Virus record (IMG/VR): IMGVR_UViG_3300035670_000294
Span: 1-51,845 of that record
Strand: one strand, 5' to 3'
DNA from: a virus
Taxonomy: Duplodnaviria; Caudoviricetes
DNA length: 51,845 nucleotides
The notes beneath the pieces are model-generated. The model saw only the letters and a program-made list of their open reading frames with translations, was not told where the DNA came from and did no database searches. How positions within the stretch are numbered: position 1 is the stretch's first letter; the number at the start of each line of letters is the position of its first letter. Of this stretch, positions 1 through 8,374 are shown piece by piece. The translations under genes and the position numbers were made by a program.

Positions 1-723
1 CTTCCATTCCTTTCCACAGTTTGGACATTCCAAATCTATATACGGTTGTATGCCATAGGCTCTTAAACCAACAGTGATTTTATTAAAAGTCCTATAGTCT
101 TCAAAGTTTAGTACATTGATTTTATACCTATTGATAATTTGCTCACTGGTCAAATCAGCATAGATAAGCCCGTCAACTTCTTTCAATAAGGAGATGTATA
201 ACGTCTTTAGTTTATCATCATCTTTCATGGAAGACTTGGCATTCTCGATAACGTTTATCATGTCGCCCAAAGTAGGTTGTCTAAAAGTGTATTTACTCAG
301 TAAAGCAATTTCTTCACCATTTGACGTTATGTGATTTGCTTCCAAGTCATTGAGTTTCAAAACAATGTCCGGGCTTTCATCTTCGCCAAGATACTTGATT
401 TCAAAATCCGTGTACTTAGGTCTTGATAACGTGTCGGAGTCATGGATTACAACACCCCCACAGCCTATCCTAGGACAGCTATAAAGCCCGTCAACTTCCA
501 TAGGCAAATCATATTTACGGAAAGCCTCTAGGACAATCACCTCGACATCAAGAATGGGTAAAGCCAGAATTTCTTCCGGCTTTAAATTAGTACATCCTTT
601 GATTATCGGAGCACTGGCACTAAATATTTTTCCAGACCTCGCGTCATTTGAAACCTTTAGAATTGTATTCGTGTCGGGTTTTTTTACTTCTATTGAAGTT
701 TTAGAAATAGGAAGTTTAATCAT
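1..723 (-). CDS. Tail assembly chaperone, allele A, truncated by the window edge
   Basis: ATG at 723; near-identical to 50544..51323. Confidence 0.85.
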   Translation of the reverse strand, partial: MIKLPISKTSIEVKKPDTNTILKVSNDARSGKIFSASAPIIKGCTNLKPEEILALPILDVEVIVLEAFRKYDLPMEVDGLYSCPRIGCGGVVIHDSDTLSRPKYTDFEIKYLGEDESPDIVLKLNDLEANHITSNGEEIALLSKYTFRQPTLGDMINVIENAKSSMKDDDKLKTLYISLLKEVDGLIYADLTSEQIINRYKINVLNFEDYRTFNKITVGLRAYGIQPYIDLECPNCGKEWK

Positions 724-726
724 CTT

Positions 727-1158
727 TTAAGTTCCTATAGGTTCAGCCCGATATTCAAACACTGCCAACTTGAAATTCAATACTGCTTTATCCCTTGCAC
801 CTTCATCAAAAGCAGGATATAAAACGTCAAGAAGTTCGCACATACCAAAAATCTCTCGCATATAGGCATTAAGAATATTCCCTGTCTTATCTGTCCTATA
901 TAGTACAACGTCTCTGTCTTTCTTTTCGTTTTCCCACTGTCTAATATAGCTTACCATTTGACTGTTTCTTTTTATAAGATAGGACAATTCCAAGCCTTTG
1001 ATTTTTTTATTATCACTTCCAATAGTTCTTATATAGCCATTTTCAGCGACTTCTATTGCAGGGTTTTCATAGCCAGTTTCATTATGAGTCAAAAGACCCG
1101 GCAGAACCTTGCCAGCAATTTCAATGATACTTACACTTGATATAGCATTTCTTTGCAC
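727..1158 (-). CDS. Tail tube protein (allele A)
   Basis: 143 aa, immediately downstream of the sheath and upstream of the chaperone; GTG start with GGAG SD. Confidence 0.75.
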   Translation of the reverse strand: MQRNAISSVSIIEIAGKVLPGLLTHNETGYENPAIEVAENGYIRTIGSDNKKIKGLELSYLIKRNSQMVSYIRQWENEKKDRDVVLYRTDKTGNILNAYMREIFGMCELLDVLYPAFDEGARDKAVLNFKLAVFEYRAEPIGT

Positions 1159-1178
1159 GTTATTTTTCTCCTTCTAAA

Positions 1179-2969
1179 TTACACAGGGATTGAAACAGGA
1201 GTCATTGTACCAACTCCGATTGCAAGGGATTCTAATAAAGGATTAGAATAAAAGTAAACATAGATATTCCCTTCTCCATTATCAATGTCTGTCTGAGTGT
1301 TATTAAATTCATCCGCTTGTACTGTAAACACATCTTCAAAAGTCGAAGTAGTGCCATCTTCCTTGACATACTCTCCAAAAGCCCCGCTTGGGTCTATACC
1401 AAAAGGGAATGAGCCTTTATAAAGATTGTACCCAAAATCTTTTATTGCATTGGCATATGATTTCAAAGCACTCAATCTATTAGGTCTATTCTCTACTTGA
1501 GCAAGGGATTCTACACTTGAAATTTTAATAAAGTTTTGTAGAATCAATGTATGTCCAAACAAGACAGGGGTGTTAGTTGAAAGAGTCCTAAAGCTTCTTA
1601 CAATCAATCCCGCACCTTGTACGAATTGACAGATATTAACTCCATTGTCAAGAATCTCTGTCCTTTCATCTTCTGTAAATAAATCCTCTGTTGCTTCGGA
1701 TGTACTAACAAAGCCGATAAGTGGCACGTCATATCCTGCTGGGGCTCTGTGTACTCCAAGTCTATAGATTGCATAAATCCACGCTCCGCATAACGCACCA
1801 TGGATAGGTATTTGTAAAGTAGGATTAACTCCATCCCCGATAGGGTCTGAGACGTTTCTCCAACCGGCACATAAAACACCTTGAACTTGATTGCTTCTTT
1901 GATATTTCGCACCGTGTACTTTATACTGAGCGACAGTTTGATTTTTGTCCACAGCATAAAGCCAGACAGGGGCATCAAGTCGAGTTATACAATAAGACTC
2001 TCCAGCCACGTTTACCGCTTCTAATACAGTATCTGTATTGAGTAGGAATCTAATATTCTTATTATCAAAATTAGAATATAAATTCCAATCTGAAGCACTA
2101 GCAGGGGCTGTCCCATCGGAACCACTTGCAAGATAAGTTATTGTACTAACATCACTTGGATAAGTGTTTTGAATAGGTGTCGTAACGCTTGCACCATCTA
2201 CTAATTTTAAATAGGGATGATTTGCGAACGCGTTATTCACATAGAATTCTGTATTCTCAGGCTCTAAAGAAAGGTAAATATTATTTTCGGGAATATTGAC
2301 CTTTGAGGGTACACCATTTTTATTTTTCCTATAGGTAGTAATTTTAAATCCGATAGCCTCAACAACGTCATTTGTCGACACTGCATTTGTCAAAGCAGAA
2401 ATTGTCAAAGTTTTAGTTCCTTCATTCTTTGCACTCACTTTGGCATAGTGGACAGTCGGACCGGAAGAAGTAATTTTTAGTACATCCCCAACTCTAAAAC
2501 CGACAACACTTGCAAGCGTTATTGAAGTAGTGGAAATTAAAGAACCCGTACTAGCTGTGCTAGAATAACGTGTGCCATTAGTCAAGGTATAGCCTGTATT
2601 GTTTCCATCTAAAGACTTATCATTTAAATCTTGATAAGCGGCTTTCAATGTCAAGGTTAATACTGCCGATTGGTCATTAATATCTTTAGAAGCTTGTACC
2701 GCGTCACTTGCCACGTGCCCACGAACATAGCATTTTAAAGGCGTCCCTTTGGCATTCGTAAATAATGACTCGACTACATATCTTCCATAATAGCCCGATT
2801 TGTAGTCACCTAATTTAGTAGGGATTTCTGAGTTTTGATTTACTTCAATTACTGATTCAATCCCCCTGCTAAATTTTCCAATAACACCCACGATTCCCAA
2901 ATCGGCAGGTGATACACTTGCTCCAGATTTCGGAGGAAGATTATATCCAAAAACCCCTCTACGTCTCAT
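1179..2969 (-). CDS. Contractile tail sheath protein
   Basis: 596 aa; N-terminal GIVGVIGKFSRG, LASGSDG, VHRAPAG and GVN...GLIVRSFRTLS motifs typical of sheaths. Confidence 0.9.
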   Translation of the reverse strand: MRRRGVFGYNLPPKSGASVSPADLGIVGVIGKFSRGIESVIEVNQNSEIPTKLGDYKSGYYGRYVVESLFTNAKGTPLKCYVRGHVASDAVQASKDINDQSAVLTLTLKAAYQDLNDKSLDGNNTGYTLTNGTRYSSTASTGSLISTTSITLASVVGFRVGDVLKITSSGPTVHYAKVSAKNEGTKTLTISALTNAVSTNDVVEAIGFKITTYRKNKNGVPSKVNIPENNIYLSLEPENTEFYVNNAFANHPYLKLVDGASVTTPIQNTYPSDVSTITYLASGSDGTAPASASDWNLYSNFDNKNIRFLLNTDTVLEAVNVAGESYCITRLDAPVWLYAVDKNQTVAQYKVHGAKYQRSNQVQGVLCAGWRNVSDPIGDGVNPTLQIPIHGALCGAWIYAIYRLGVHRAPAGYDVPLIGFVSTSEATEDLFTEDERTEILDNGVNICQFVQGAGLIVRSFRTLSTNTPVLFGHTLILQNFIKISSVESLAQVENRPNRLSALKSYANAIKDFGYNLYKGSFPFGIDPSGAFGEYVKEDGTTSTFEDVFTVQADEFNNTQTDIDNGEGNIYVYFYSNPLLESLAIGVGTMTPVSIPV

Positions 2970-3184
2970 GCAATAACTCCTTTTTTAATTAGTACAATAA
3001 ATGCTTCCAAAGACTCAATTGAATTTGGTACGGTCTTCATCTCATAGGGATAGAAGACAAATTCTGAATCTGAAGACACGTTAATCACTACCTTGTCACG
3101 TGTCGTATTTTTATAAACCTTTTTTTCTAAATCGGTTGTACTGTTTTGGTAGTTTGAAAGTTGTTTGTTTGTTCGACCTTCCAT
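2966..3184 (-). CDS. Small hypothetical protein coupled to the sheath
   Basis: Its stop overlaps the sheath ATG (ATGA); GGAGGAG SD upstream. Confidence 0.55.
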   Translation of the reverse strand: MEGRTNKQLSNYQNSTTDLEKKVYKNTTRDKVVINVSSDSEFVFYPYEMKTVPNSIESLEAFIVLIKKGVIA

Positions 3185-4248
3185 AGCTCCTCCGCTATCT
3201 CAATTTTTAAATTTGCGAATATCTTAGGTAGAATCTCATTGGCATCTGTATAGTCAATATATTCTACCTTCTCAATATCCACGTCGCATAACGTGTTATT
3301 GATATAAATAGTAGTATTTTTATAAAAGCATTTTTTTATCAAGTCAAGTAAATATTCCAAGACTTTAGAATCCCTTGAAATCCCTTCTATATTGATTTCG
3401 TATATCCTACCCTCGCCCGTGGGGGTAATATAAAGGTCAGTAGTTGACTTGGAAAAAATAACGCTACTTTGAATTTCTTGTTTGCCGTCTATATCGTATT
3501 TAAACCCACCTGTCAATGCAAGCGAGGGGATTACAATATCAGTTTCTGTCGGTTCGATTAGTACATCGGGAATCATATAAACAGTTTGATTAGTGTAGTT
3601 TGATACAATGGACTTTCCTGAATATTTGGAATTGAAAGTCACACTTCCAGAGGAAGCCCCAGATTGAATTTGATGATATTCTGAACCTATCTTTATGACT
3701 GAATACCTATCAATATATTTATAATTAGAAATCGAAATAGAAGTAGCTCCAGCAGTACAAGAAACACTGCCAACAGGAATTCCCACGTTATTTCCATCTA
3801 TGTAGGTTTTCAACGCGTTATATATATCAATAGGGAATTCTTGTTTGTAGGCTATGAGATTATTTATAATCAAAATATTTGCAAGTGTAGACTCAATCTG
3901 TATCCTATCAATTGAGGAAAGAGTATTTACGAAATCAATATTAATGTAATCGGTCAACGCGTCGAAGATGTACTCAATTGAAATATTTGCGGTGTCGTCA
4001 TAAAACCGGATTTTATAATTGTCATTTGCCACAGCATAGGATTTGCCAACGAATGAAAGTATTGAGTAGGGTGAAATGTCCACAGGGGAAGGAAGCGTCA
4101 ACTCTGCAATTCCAGTGTCTGGGAATGTCAATATGAGTTGACCCGCGTTATTTACTCTCAGATGATTCCAATTGACCTCTTGAATTAATGTCCCGTTAGG
4201 ACTAGTCCAATTAGAAGAACTTGATAACGCGTCTATTAACAATTGCAT
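3127..4248 (-). CDS. Virion neck/tail-completion-like protein with extra N-terminal beta-rich domains
   Basis: 373 aa just upstream of the sheath; called from position and composition. Confidence 0.5.
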   Translation of the reverse strand: MQLLIDALSSSSNWTSPNGTLIQEVNWNHLRVNNAGQLILTFPDTGIAELTLPSPVDISPYSILSFVGKSYAVANDNYKIRFYDDTANISIEYIFDALTDYINIDFVNTLSSIDRIQIESTLANILIINNLIAYKQEFPIDIYNALKTYIDGNNVGIPVGSVSCTAGATSISISNYKYIDRYSVIKIGSEYHQIQSGASSGSVTFNSKYSGKSIVSNYTNQTVYMIPDVLIEPTETDIVIPSLALTGGFKYDIDGKQEIQSSVIFSKSTTDLYITPTGEGRIYEINIEGISRDSKVLEYLLDLIKKCFYKNTTIYINNTLCDVDIEKVEYIDYTDANEILPKIFANLKIEIAEELWKVEQTNNFQTTKTVQPI

Positions 4249-4319
4249 GAATTGTATTTAGTACAAGATTATGCAATTGTCAATATATTTATTAGGTAGG
4301 GTTTATTTTTTTAGTTTGA

Positions 4320-4342
4320 AAGCAGGGGATTGACCCTGCTTG
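4320..4342 (-). terminator. Hairpin terminator after the 4356..4760 cassette
   Basis: AAGCAGGG..CCCTGCTT stem directly after the stop; short U tail. Confidence 0.6.
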
Positions 4343-4355
4343 ATTGTAAGGTAGG

Positions 4356-4760
4356 TTAATTAAGAAGGTCAGCCAAGGCAGGGTTTAATGTGTTGAATGA
4401 CACTGCAGGTTTAACGGGTTTAACTTCCTCAGCATTAACAACCACTGGCTCAGGTTTTTTCACTGCAGATTGTTTTTTAGACTCATGGGCTTTAATAGCC
4501 TCTGTAGCCCACTGATTAAGCCATTTAACGGCTTGAACTTGGGTTCTTACACCTCTAACATCTCTTGGGCTTGATTGTGCTCTAAAATCGCCGTTTCCGT
4601 ATTTGTATAATCCAAAAGATTCCATAATCCATTTTCCATCATAAACTACCACTTTGATTGTGTAATGAATCGGGTCTGTTGAAACAGAGTATTGTTTCCC
4701 AAATTTAATCTCGACCTTATAACCGTTTATTTTTTTCTCTACTGTTTTGTAAGTGCTCAT
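4356..4760 (-). CDS. Hypothetical protein in its own promoter-terminator cassette
   Basis: 134-aa ORF with SD, upstream TTGACA promoter and downstream hairpin. Confidence 0.8.
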   Translation of the reverse strand: MSTYKTVEKKINGYKVEIKFGKQYSVSTDPIHYTIKVVVYDGKWIMESFGLYKYGNGDFRAQSSPRDVRGVRTQVQAVKWLNQWATEAIKAHESKKQSAVKKPEPVVVNAEEVKPVKPAVSFNTLNPALADLLN

Positions 4761-4782
4761 TGTCTCTTTCCTTTTTAAATTA

Positions 4783-4837
4783 ATCTTACCACACTATTTT
4801 TTCTTGTCAATCATTTTTTTTGGCAAACTACCAAAAA
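4783..4837 (-). promoter_or_regulatory. Sigma70-type promoter TTGACA-N16-TAAGAT with upstream dyad
   Basis: -35 at 4805..4810, -10 at 4783..4788, dyad TTTTTGGCAAACTACCAAAAA at 4817..4837. Confidence 0.8.
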
Positions 4838-4884
4838 GTTAAAAAAGTGAAGTTTTTTAGGCTTCACTTTCTGGGGTGGCTGGG

Positions 4885-5184
4885 TTATTTTCTACCAGCC
4901 ATTCTGATTTCAAATTTTTTAGCGGCTTCATTGATAGAGGTTAAGTTTGATTTTTCCAATTTTTCAATAATGTCTTTTTTTGTGATTCCTTTGAAGAAAA
5001 TATTTGAATAATAATCACAGCTTTCAGTCTCTAATTCAAACCCGTTTAAAGTGCAAAATTTAATATTCCAATTTTTTGAGTATTCACATTTAAAGATTCT
5101 GATTAATAAGTCGCCTTGTTTAGCCTCATATCTCGAAGAAGCTTCCCCTGAAAAATTTCCTTGATTTTTGAATTGTAGTTTCAT
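4885..5184 (-). CDS. Hypothetical protein with its own promoter
   Basis: 99-aa ORF, AAGGA SD, promoter upstream. Confidence 0.8.
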   Translation of the reverse strand: MKLQFKNQGNFSGEASSRYEAKQGDLLIRIFKCEYSKNWNIKFCTLNGFELETESCDYYSNIFFKGITKKDIIEKLEKSNLTSINEAAKKFEIRMAGRK

Positions 5185-5218
5185 TTCCTTAACCCTGTTT
5201 CCTTCTTTTTATACTCTA

Positions 5219-5288
5219 AGAATAACACATAAAAAAATATTGTCAATCATTTTTTTTGGCAAACTACCAAAAAAGTTAAAAAAGTGAA
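5219..5288 (-). promoter_or_regulatory. Sigma70-type promoter TTGACA-N16-TATTCT with upstream dyad
   Basis: About 48 bp duplicated from 4804..4851. Confidence 0.8.
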
Positions 5289-5303
5289 AATCCAAAATTC
5301 CGG

Positions 5304-5456
5304 TTAATTAGGATAAAACATCTCGCAGGAAAGGTCTTCCTCTGAATAATATTCCTGAATCCATGCCTGCCCGCACCTATTCTCCTTGGCAGTGAACCTT
5401 TTGCATAGTGTTTTCAAGGGGCAGTCCTTACCCGCACATTTAGAAATGTCACTCAT
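5304..5456 (-). CDS. 50-aa Cys-rich protein (MSDISKCAGKDCPLKTLCKRF...), not in the ORF track
   Basis: Translated by hand; the ATG overlaps the stop of 5453..6073. Confidence 0.65.
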   Translation of the reverse strand: MSDISKCAGKDCPLKTLCKRFTAKENRCGQAWIQEYYSEEDLSCEMFYPN

Positions 5457-6073
5457 GAATTTGCCTCCGCATGAAGTTCTTCTAGTTCTTTAATCCGTGC
5501 CGACATTGTACTCTTGTCTTGCTCTAAGAGTGCCTTTAAATATTGATTCAGTTTCATGTCGTTGGATTTCCTGAGCCTGCTTCTATAGTATCTATCTTTA
5601 CCCTTCTTGAAAGGAAACCGTGCAGGGATTTTGAAAAACTTCTTCTTGACGTGGAATCCATGAGCGGAAAGGAATTTTCTAAAACCCGGTGACACGGGAA
5701 TCAATGCCCCAAATTCTTGTACTGCCCAAATCATCTTTTGGGGTTTTCCTGAATAGTGTTTTCCCTCGACAGTTAAACGCCAGCCACTATTAGTCTGTTT
5801 GACGACCAAACCATTTATCATCGACTCTTTATCTGAATCCCCTTTTCCCATCAAGGGAGTTTGTACTCGCGGCTTGCCATCAAGCTTCTTTAAATAGGTT
5901 GTAATTTCATTCAGCCTTGGATTGACTAAATTATTTTTTCGGATTCCATCGATTATAGTATTCCTGACTGAATAGCAGTGATTTCTCCCCCCGACGATTG
6001 TAATGCGTTTTAACTCTCTAGGGAATGCTTTCAAGCGTGCCGACATTGTACCAATAGACTTCATTTTTGCCAT
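5453..6073 (-). CDS. Neck/morphogenesis protein (HK97 gp10 / Mu gpG-like)
   Basis: Basic 206 aa with WAVQEFGA...IPARFPF motif; lies between head and tail genes. Confidence 0.7.
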   Translation of the reverse strand: MAKMKSIGTMSARLKAFPRELKRITIVGGRNHCYSVRNTIIDGIRKNNLVNPRLNEITTYLKKLDGKPRVQTPLMGKGDSDKESMINGLVVKQTNSGWRLTVEGKHYSGKPQKMIWAVQEFGALIPVSPGFRKFLSAHGFHVKKKFFKIPARFPFKKGKDRYYRSRLRKSNDMKLNQYLKALLEQDKSTMSARIKELEELHAEANS

Positions 6074-6189
6074 GCAAATATCATGCCAGAAATTAAGGAT
6101 TTGTCAATCACAAAAACGCCAGAGCCCTTCTTTAGTACATTGTTTAGGTGACTTCATGAGAGTATGAATTTTACTAGGAATATTGAAAA

Positions 6190-6325
6190 TATTTTTTGGA
6201 CACTAGAGTAATTATATATAGAGATTTATAAATCTTAGTGTCCAAATTTTTTTTAGATTTTTTGAAAGAGATTCAATATATTCAATCGGTGCTGGCAGTT
6301 TGGTGCATTCTATGAGTTTTCACTA
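6190..6325 (+). other. Dyad element copy 1 (candidate replication origin)
   Basis: TTTGGACACTA (6195) - ATATATAGAGATTTATA - TAGTGTCCAAA (6246); satellite box at 6284..6315. The repeat is observed; the function is inferred. Confidence 0.6.
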
Positions 6326-6483
6326 TATTTAATTTAAGTAGTTTTTAAGGACAAAAGGGATACTCAGAGAATTTCTGAATTTTTAGAGGGTTTTTTAGGG
6401 TTTTTGGTAGGAAGAAGGGATTTCCTGAAGTGAATTTTTTTTTCTGAGAATTAAATTTTTTTCGTGAGGCTTCCTGAAGATAT

Positions 6484-6514
6484 AAAAAAAGCGGAGTGTT
6501 TAGTTCCGCTTTTC
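6484..6514 (-). terminator. Rho-independent terminator
   Basis: AAAAGCGGA stem plus U-tract on the minus strand; near-identical to 17713..17745. Confidence 0.85.
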
Positions 6515-6535
6515 ATGAGGGGGATGGGGTGAGGG

Positions 6536-6733
6536 TTAGCCTTTTTGAATTACTTGAACCGACAATCTATCAATAGTTGTGTTATTCCCTGCGGCTAATT
6601 TTTCTAATTTTTTTTGAGATGGTTTGTATTTTGTCACTGCCAATCTAGTGTAATTTCCATTTGTAGAGTAAACCCCGATTTGGTAAATAAAACCTGAATT
6701 GATAATTGATTGATGTTTTGAATAATTGTTCAT
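6536..6733 (-). CDS. Hypothetical cassette protein (probable start MNNYSK at 6733)
   Basis: AAGGA SD before ATG 6733; the longer ORF start falls inside the promoter. Confidence 0.7.
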   Translation of the reverse strand: MNNYSKHQSIINSGFIYQIGVYSTNGNYTRLAVTKYKPSQKKLEKLAAGNNTTIDRLSVQVIQKG

Positions 6734-6785
6734 AAATTTTCCTTTGGAAAGTTTTTTGAGTTTTCCAGCTCGTTTTAATAAATAT

Positions 6786-6840
6786 ACTATAACCCATTTT
6801 AAAATATTGTCAATCACTTTTTTTGTAAATTACCAAAAAA
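6786..6840 (-). promoter_or_regulatory. Promoter TTGACA-N16-TATAGT with upstream dyad
   Basis: -35 at 6808..6813; dyad variant TTTTGTAAATTACCAAA at about 6821..6838. Confidence 0.8.
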
Positions 6841-6891
6841 GTAGAAAAAAATTAGGGTTATTTTTCGGGAAAAATTAGATAAAATTAGAGA

Positions 6892-7299
6892 TTATTTCTT
6901 ATGTCCGCCCAAAACAATATAGAGGAAGTCACTGCCAAACTGGCTAAATAGAGATTTTTCTTTGATTGTGTACTCAGCACCATTGTACTCTAAAGTCCAT
7001 TCATTTGGGTTGATTTCATCATAAAAAATTCCCTTCCTATCCGCGTCTAATTTTGATAGATAGACGGTAATGTCCAAAGTCTGAGTAAAACCGGCTTTCT
7101 CGATGTCTTTCCTTGTCGGATTAAGTGTAATAGGAAAAGCCTTGATAGTATAAGAGGAAGTTGACGTGCGGGAAATTATAGACCCGTATTCATCCCTTGA
7201 AACCGTACCATAATATAGTTTAATCTCATGTCCGTACCCATTGACGATATTTAGTACATCGATTAAAGCCGCAGATTGATTCACTTGATTAATCCACAA
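6892..7299 (-). CDS. Head closure / head-tail adaptor
   Basis: 135 aa after the connector; RDEYG and YNGAEYTI motifs. Confidence 0.65.
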   Translation of the reverse strand: MWINQVNQSAALIDVLNIVNGYGHEIKLYYGTVSRDEYGSIISRTSTSSYTIKAFPITLNPTRKDIEKAGFTQTLDITVYLSKLDADRKGIFYDEINPNEWTLEYNGAEYTIKEKSLFSQFGSDFLYIVLGGHKK

Positions 7300-8140
7300 T
7301 TCCAGTCATATATTTCTTTAGAAGTGTCCCAGCGGTTCTCATGTACTGATTTCTAATCTCTGAGTATTTACCTGCTGTCCCGTAAGACTTGGAATAACTA
7401 ACCACAGATAAACTTACTCCCCCGCCATCATAACCTGCTTCATTACCTAAGATGTCACTGCAAGACATTAGTATAAGAGCGTTTACAATATCATCGGGAG
7501 GGGTGGCTGCTCCGACAGTATAAGTGATTTTCAAATTCTTATTCCCTCTGGGAAATGAAGACGTTATATACTCTCCTTCCGAAACGTTGGAAGTGAATTT
7601 TAATATTCCCGTCTTACTCTCTATCTCAATTGAAGAAAGGGAAATTGAATAGTAGTAATAATTATTACTTAAGACTTTTATTTCTGTCACTGTCTCGACA
7701 GGTCTTCTATTTAAAATTAATGTACTGTGACCCGTTCCTGAATGAATCTCTGTAATTGTATTCACTCCATCAAAGGGATTATAACCTAAGACATTATTTA
7801 TGTATAGCTTTTGATTGTCTATTATTTCATTCAATTCAACTTCTTTCACTGAATAAAATAACGCACTACCAATAGCTCCCTGCGTCATGCCATTTGAATC
7901 AGTATAGTCTACATAGTTTGTAGATACGTTAATTATTTTGTGATAACCTGAATTAGCCCCAGCACTAACCCTTACATACATCCCTGCGACAATTCCCGAT
8001 ATATTAGCCGTCAAAGTCAATCTAAATGTCGTGCCCGTTGTCACTGCAATTGATTGTACTGAATAAGTTGAAATCAAAGTAGTATAGGTATTAAGCGAAA
8101 AACTATCGAGTTTAGTTAAGATTCTTTCAATGTCAGTCAT
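7289..8140 (-). CDS. Head-tail connector (gp6/gp15-like) with N-terminal extension
   Basis: FPRGNKNLKITYTVG..PPDDI motif; downstream of the capsid gene. Confidence 0.75.
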   Translation of the reverse strand: MTDIERILTKLDSFSLNTYTTLISTYSVQSIAVTTGTTFRLTLTANISGIVAGMYVRVSAGANSGYHKIINVSTNYVDYTDSNGMTQGAIGSALFYSVKEVELNEIIDNQKLYINNVLGYNPFDGVNTITEIHSGTGHSTLILNRRPVETVTEIKVLSNNYYYYSISLSSIEIESKTGILKFTSNVSEGEYITSSFPRGNKNLKITYTVGAATPPDDIVNALILMSCSDILGNEAGYDGGGVSLSVVSYSKSYGTAGKYSEIRNQYMRTAGTLLKKYMTGIVD

Positions 8141-8167
8141 TTAATACCTATCCTTTTTTATAGAAGA

Positions 8168-8374
8168 TTAAGCCGGAATAAAGCCTTCTTTCTCCAGCAC
8201 AAGAACATCCTTCACGTCATTTGTCTCCAGTCTACCTTCTTTGATTGAAAGCTTTTTTTCATTTCCTTCAGAATCGTAAAAGAAGATTTCGCCAGTGACA
8301 TTTGGGTGAGTAGAATGTTTAAAAGCCCAAGTTTTAACCTTGGACTCTTTTTTTTCATTTGCCTTTTCTGCCAT
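8168..8374 (-). CDS. Small hypothetical protein after the capsid gene
   Basis: TAATG coupling with the capsid stop. Confidence 0.6.
   Translation of the reverse strand: MAEKANEKKESKVKTWAFKHSTHPNVTGEIFFYDSEGNEKKLSIKEGRLETNDVKDVLVLEKEGFIPA

Larger units (their letters stand above)
1..1245. repeat. Left copy of imperfect terminal direct repeat (matches 50601..51845)
   Basis: Colinear at offset 50,600 with no gaps seen. The first 99 and last 119 bp are identical and the middle has scattered substitutions. Confidence 0.97.

Noticed and set aside
1604-1978. Same-strand alternative-frame ORFs (also 8691..8951, 39592..39924, 33012..33260)
   Set aside because: Nested in conserved genes with no start signals or slippery sites noticed.
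4800-5290. CRISPR-like array from the repeated promoter sequence
   Set aside because: Only two adjacent copies, separated by a full gene, and no cas genes.
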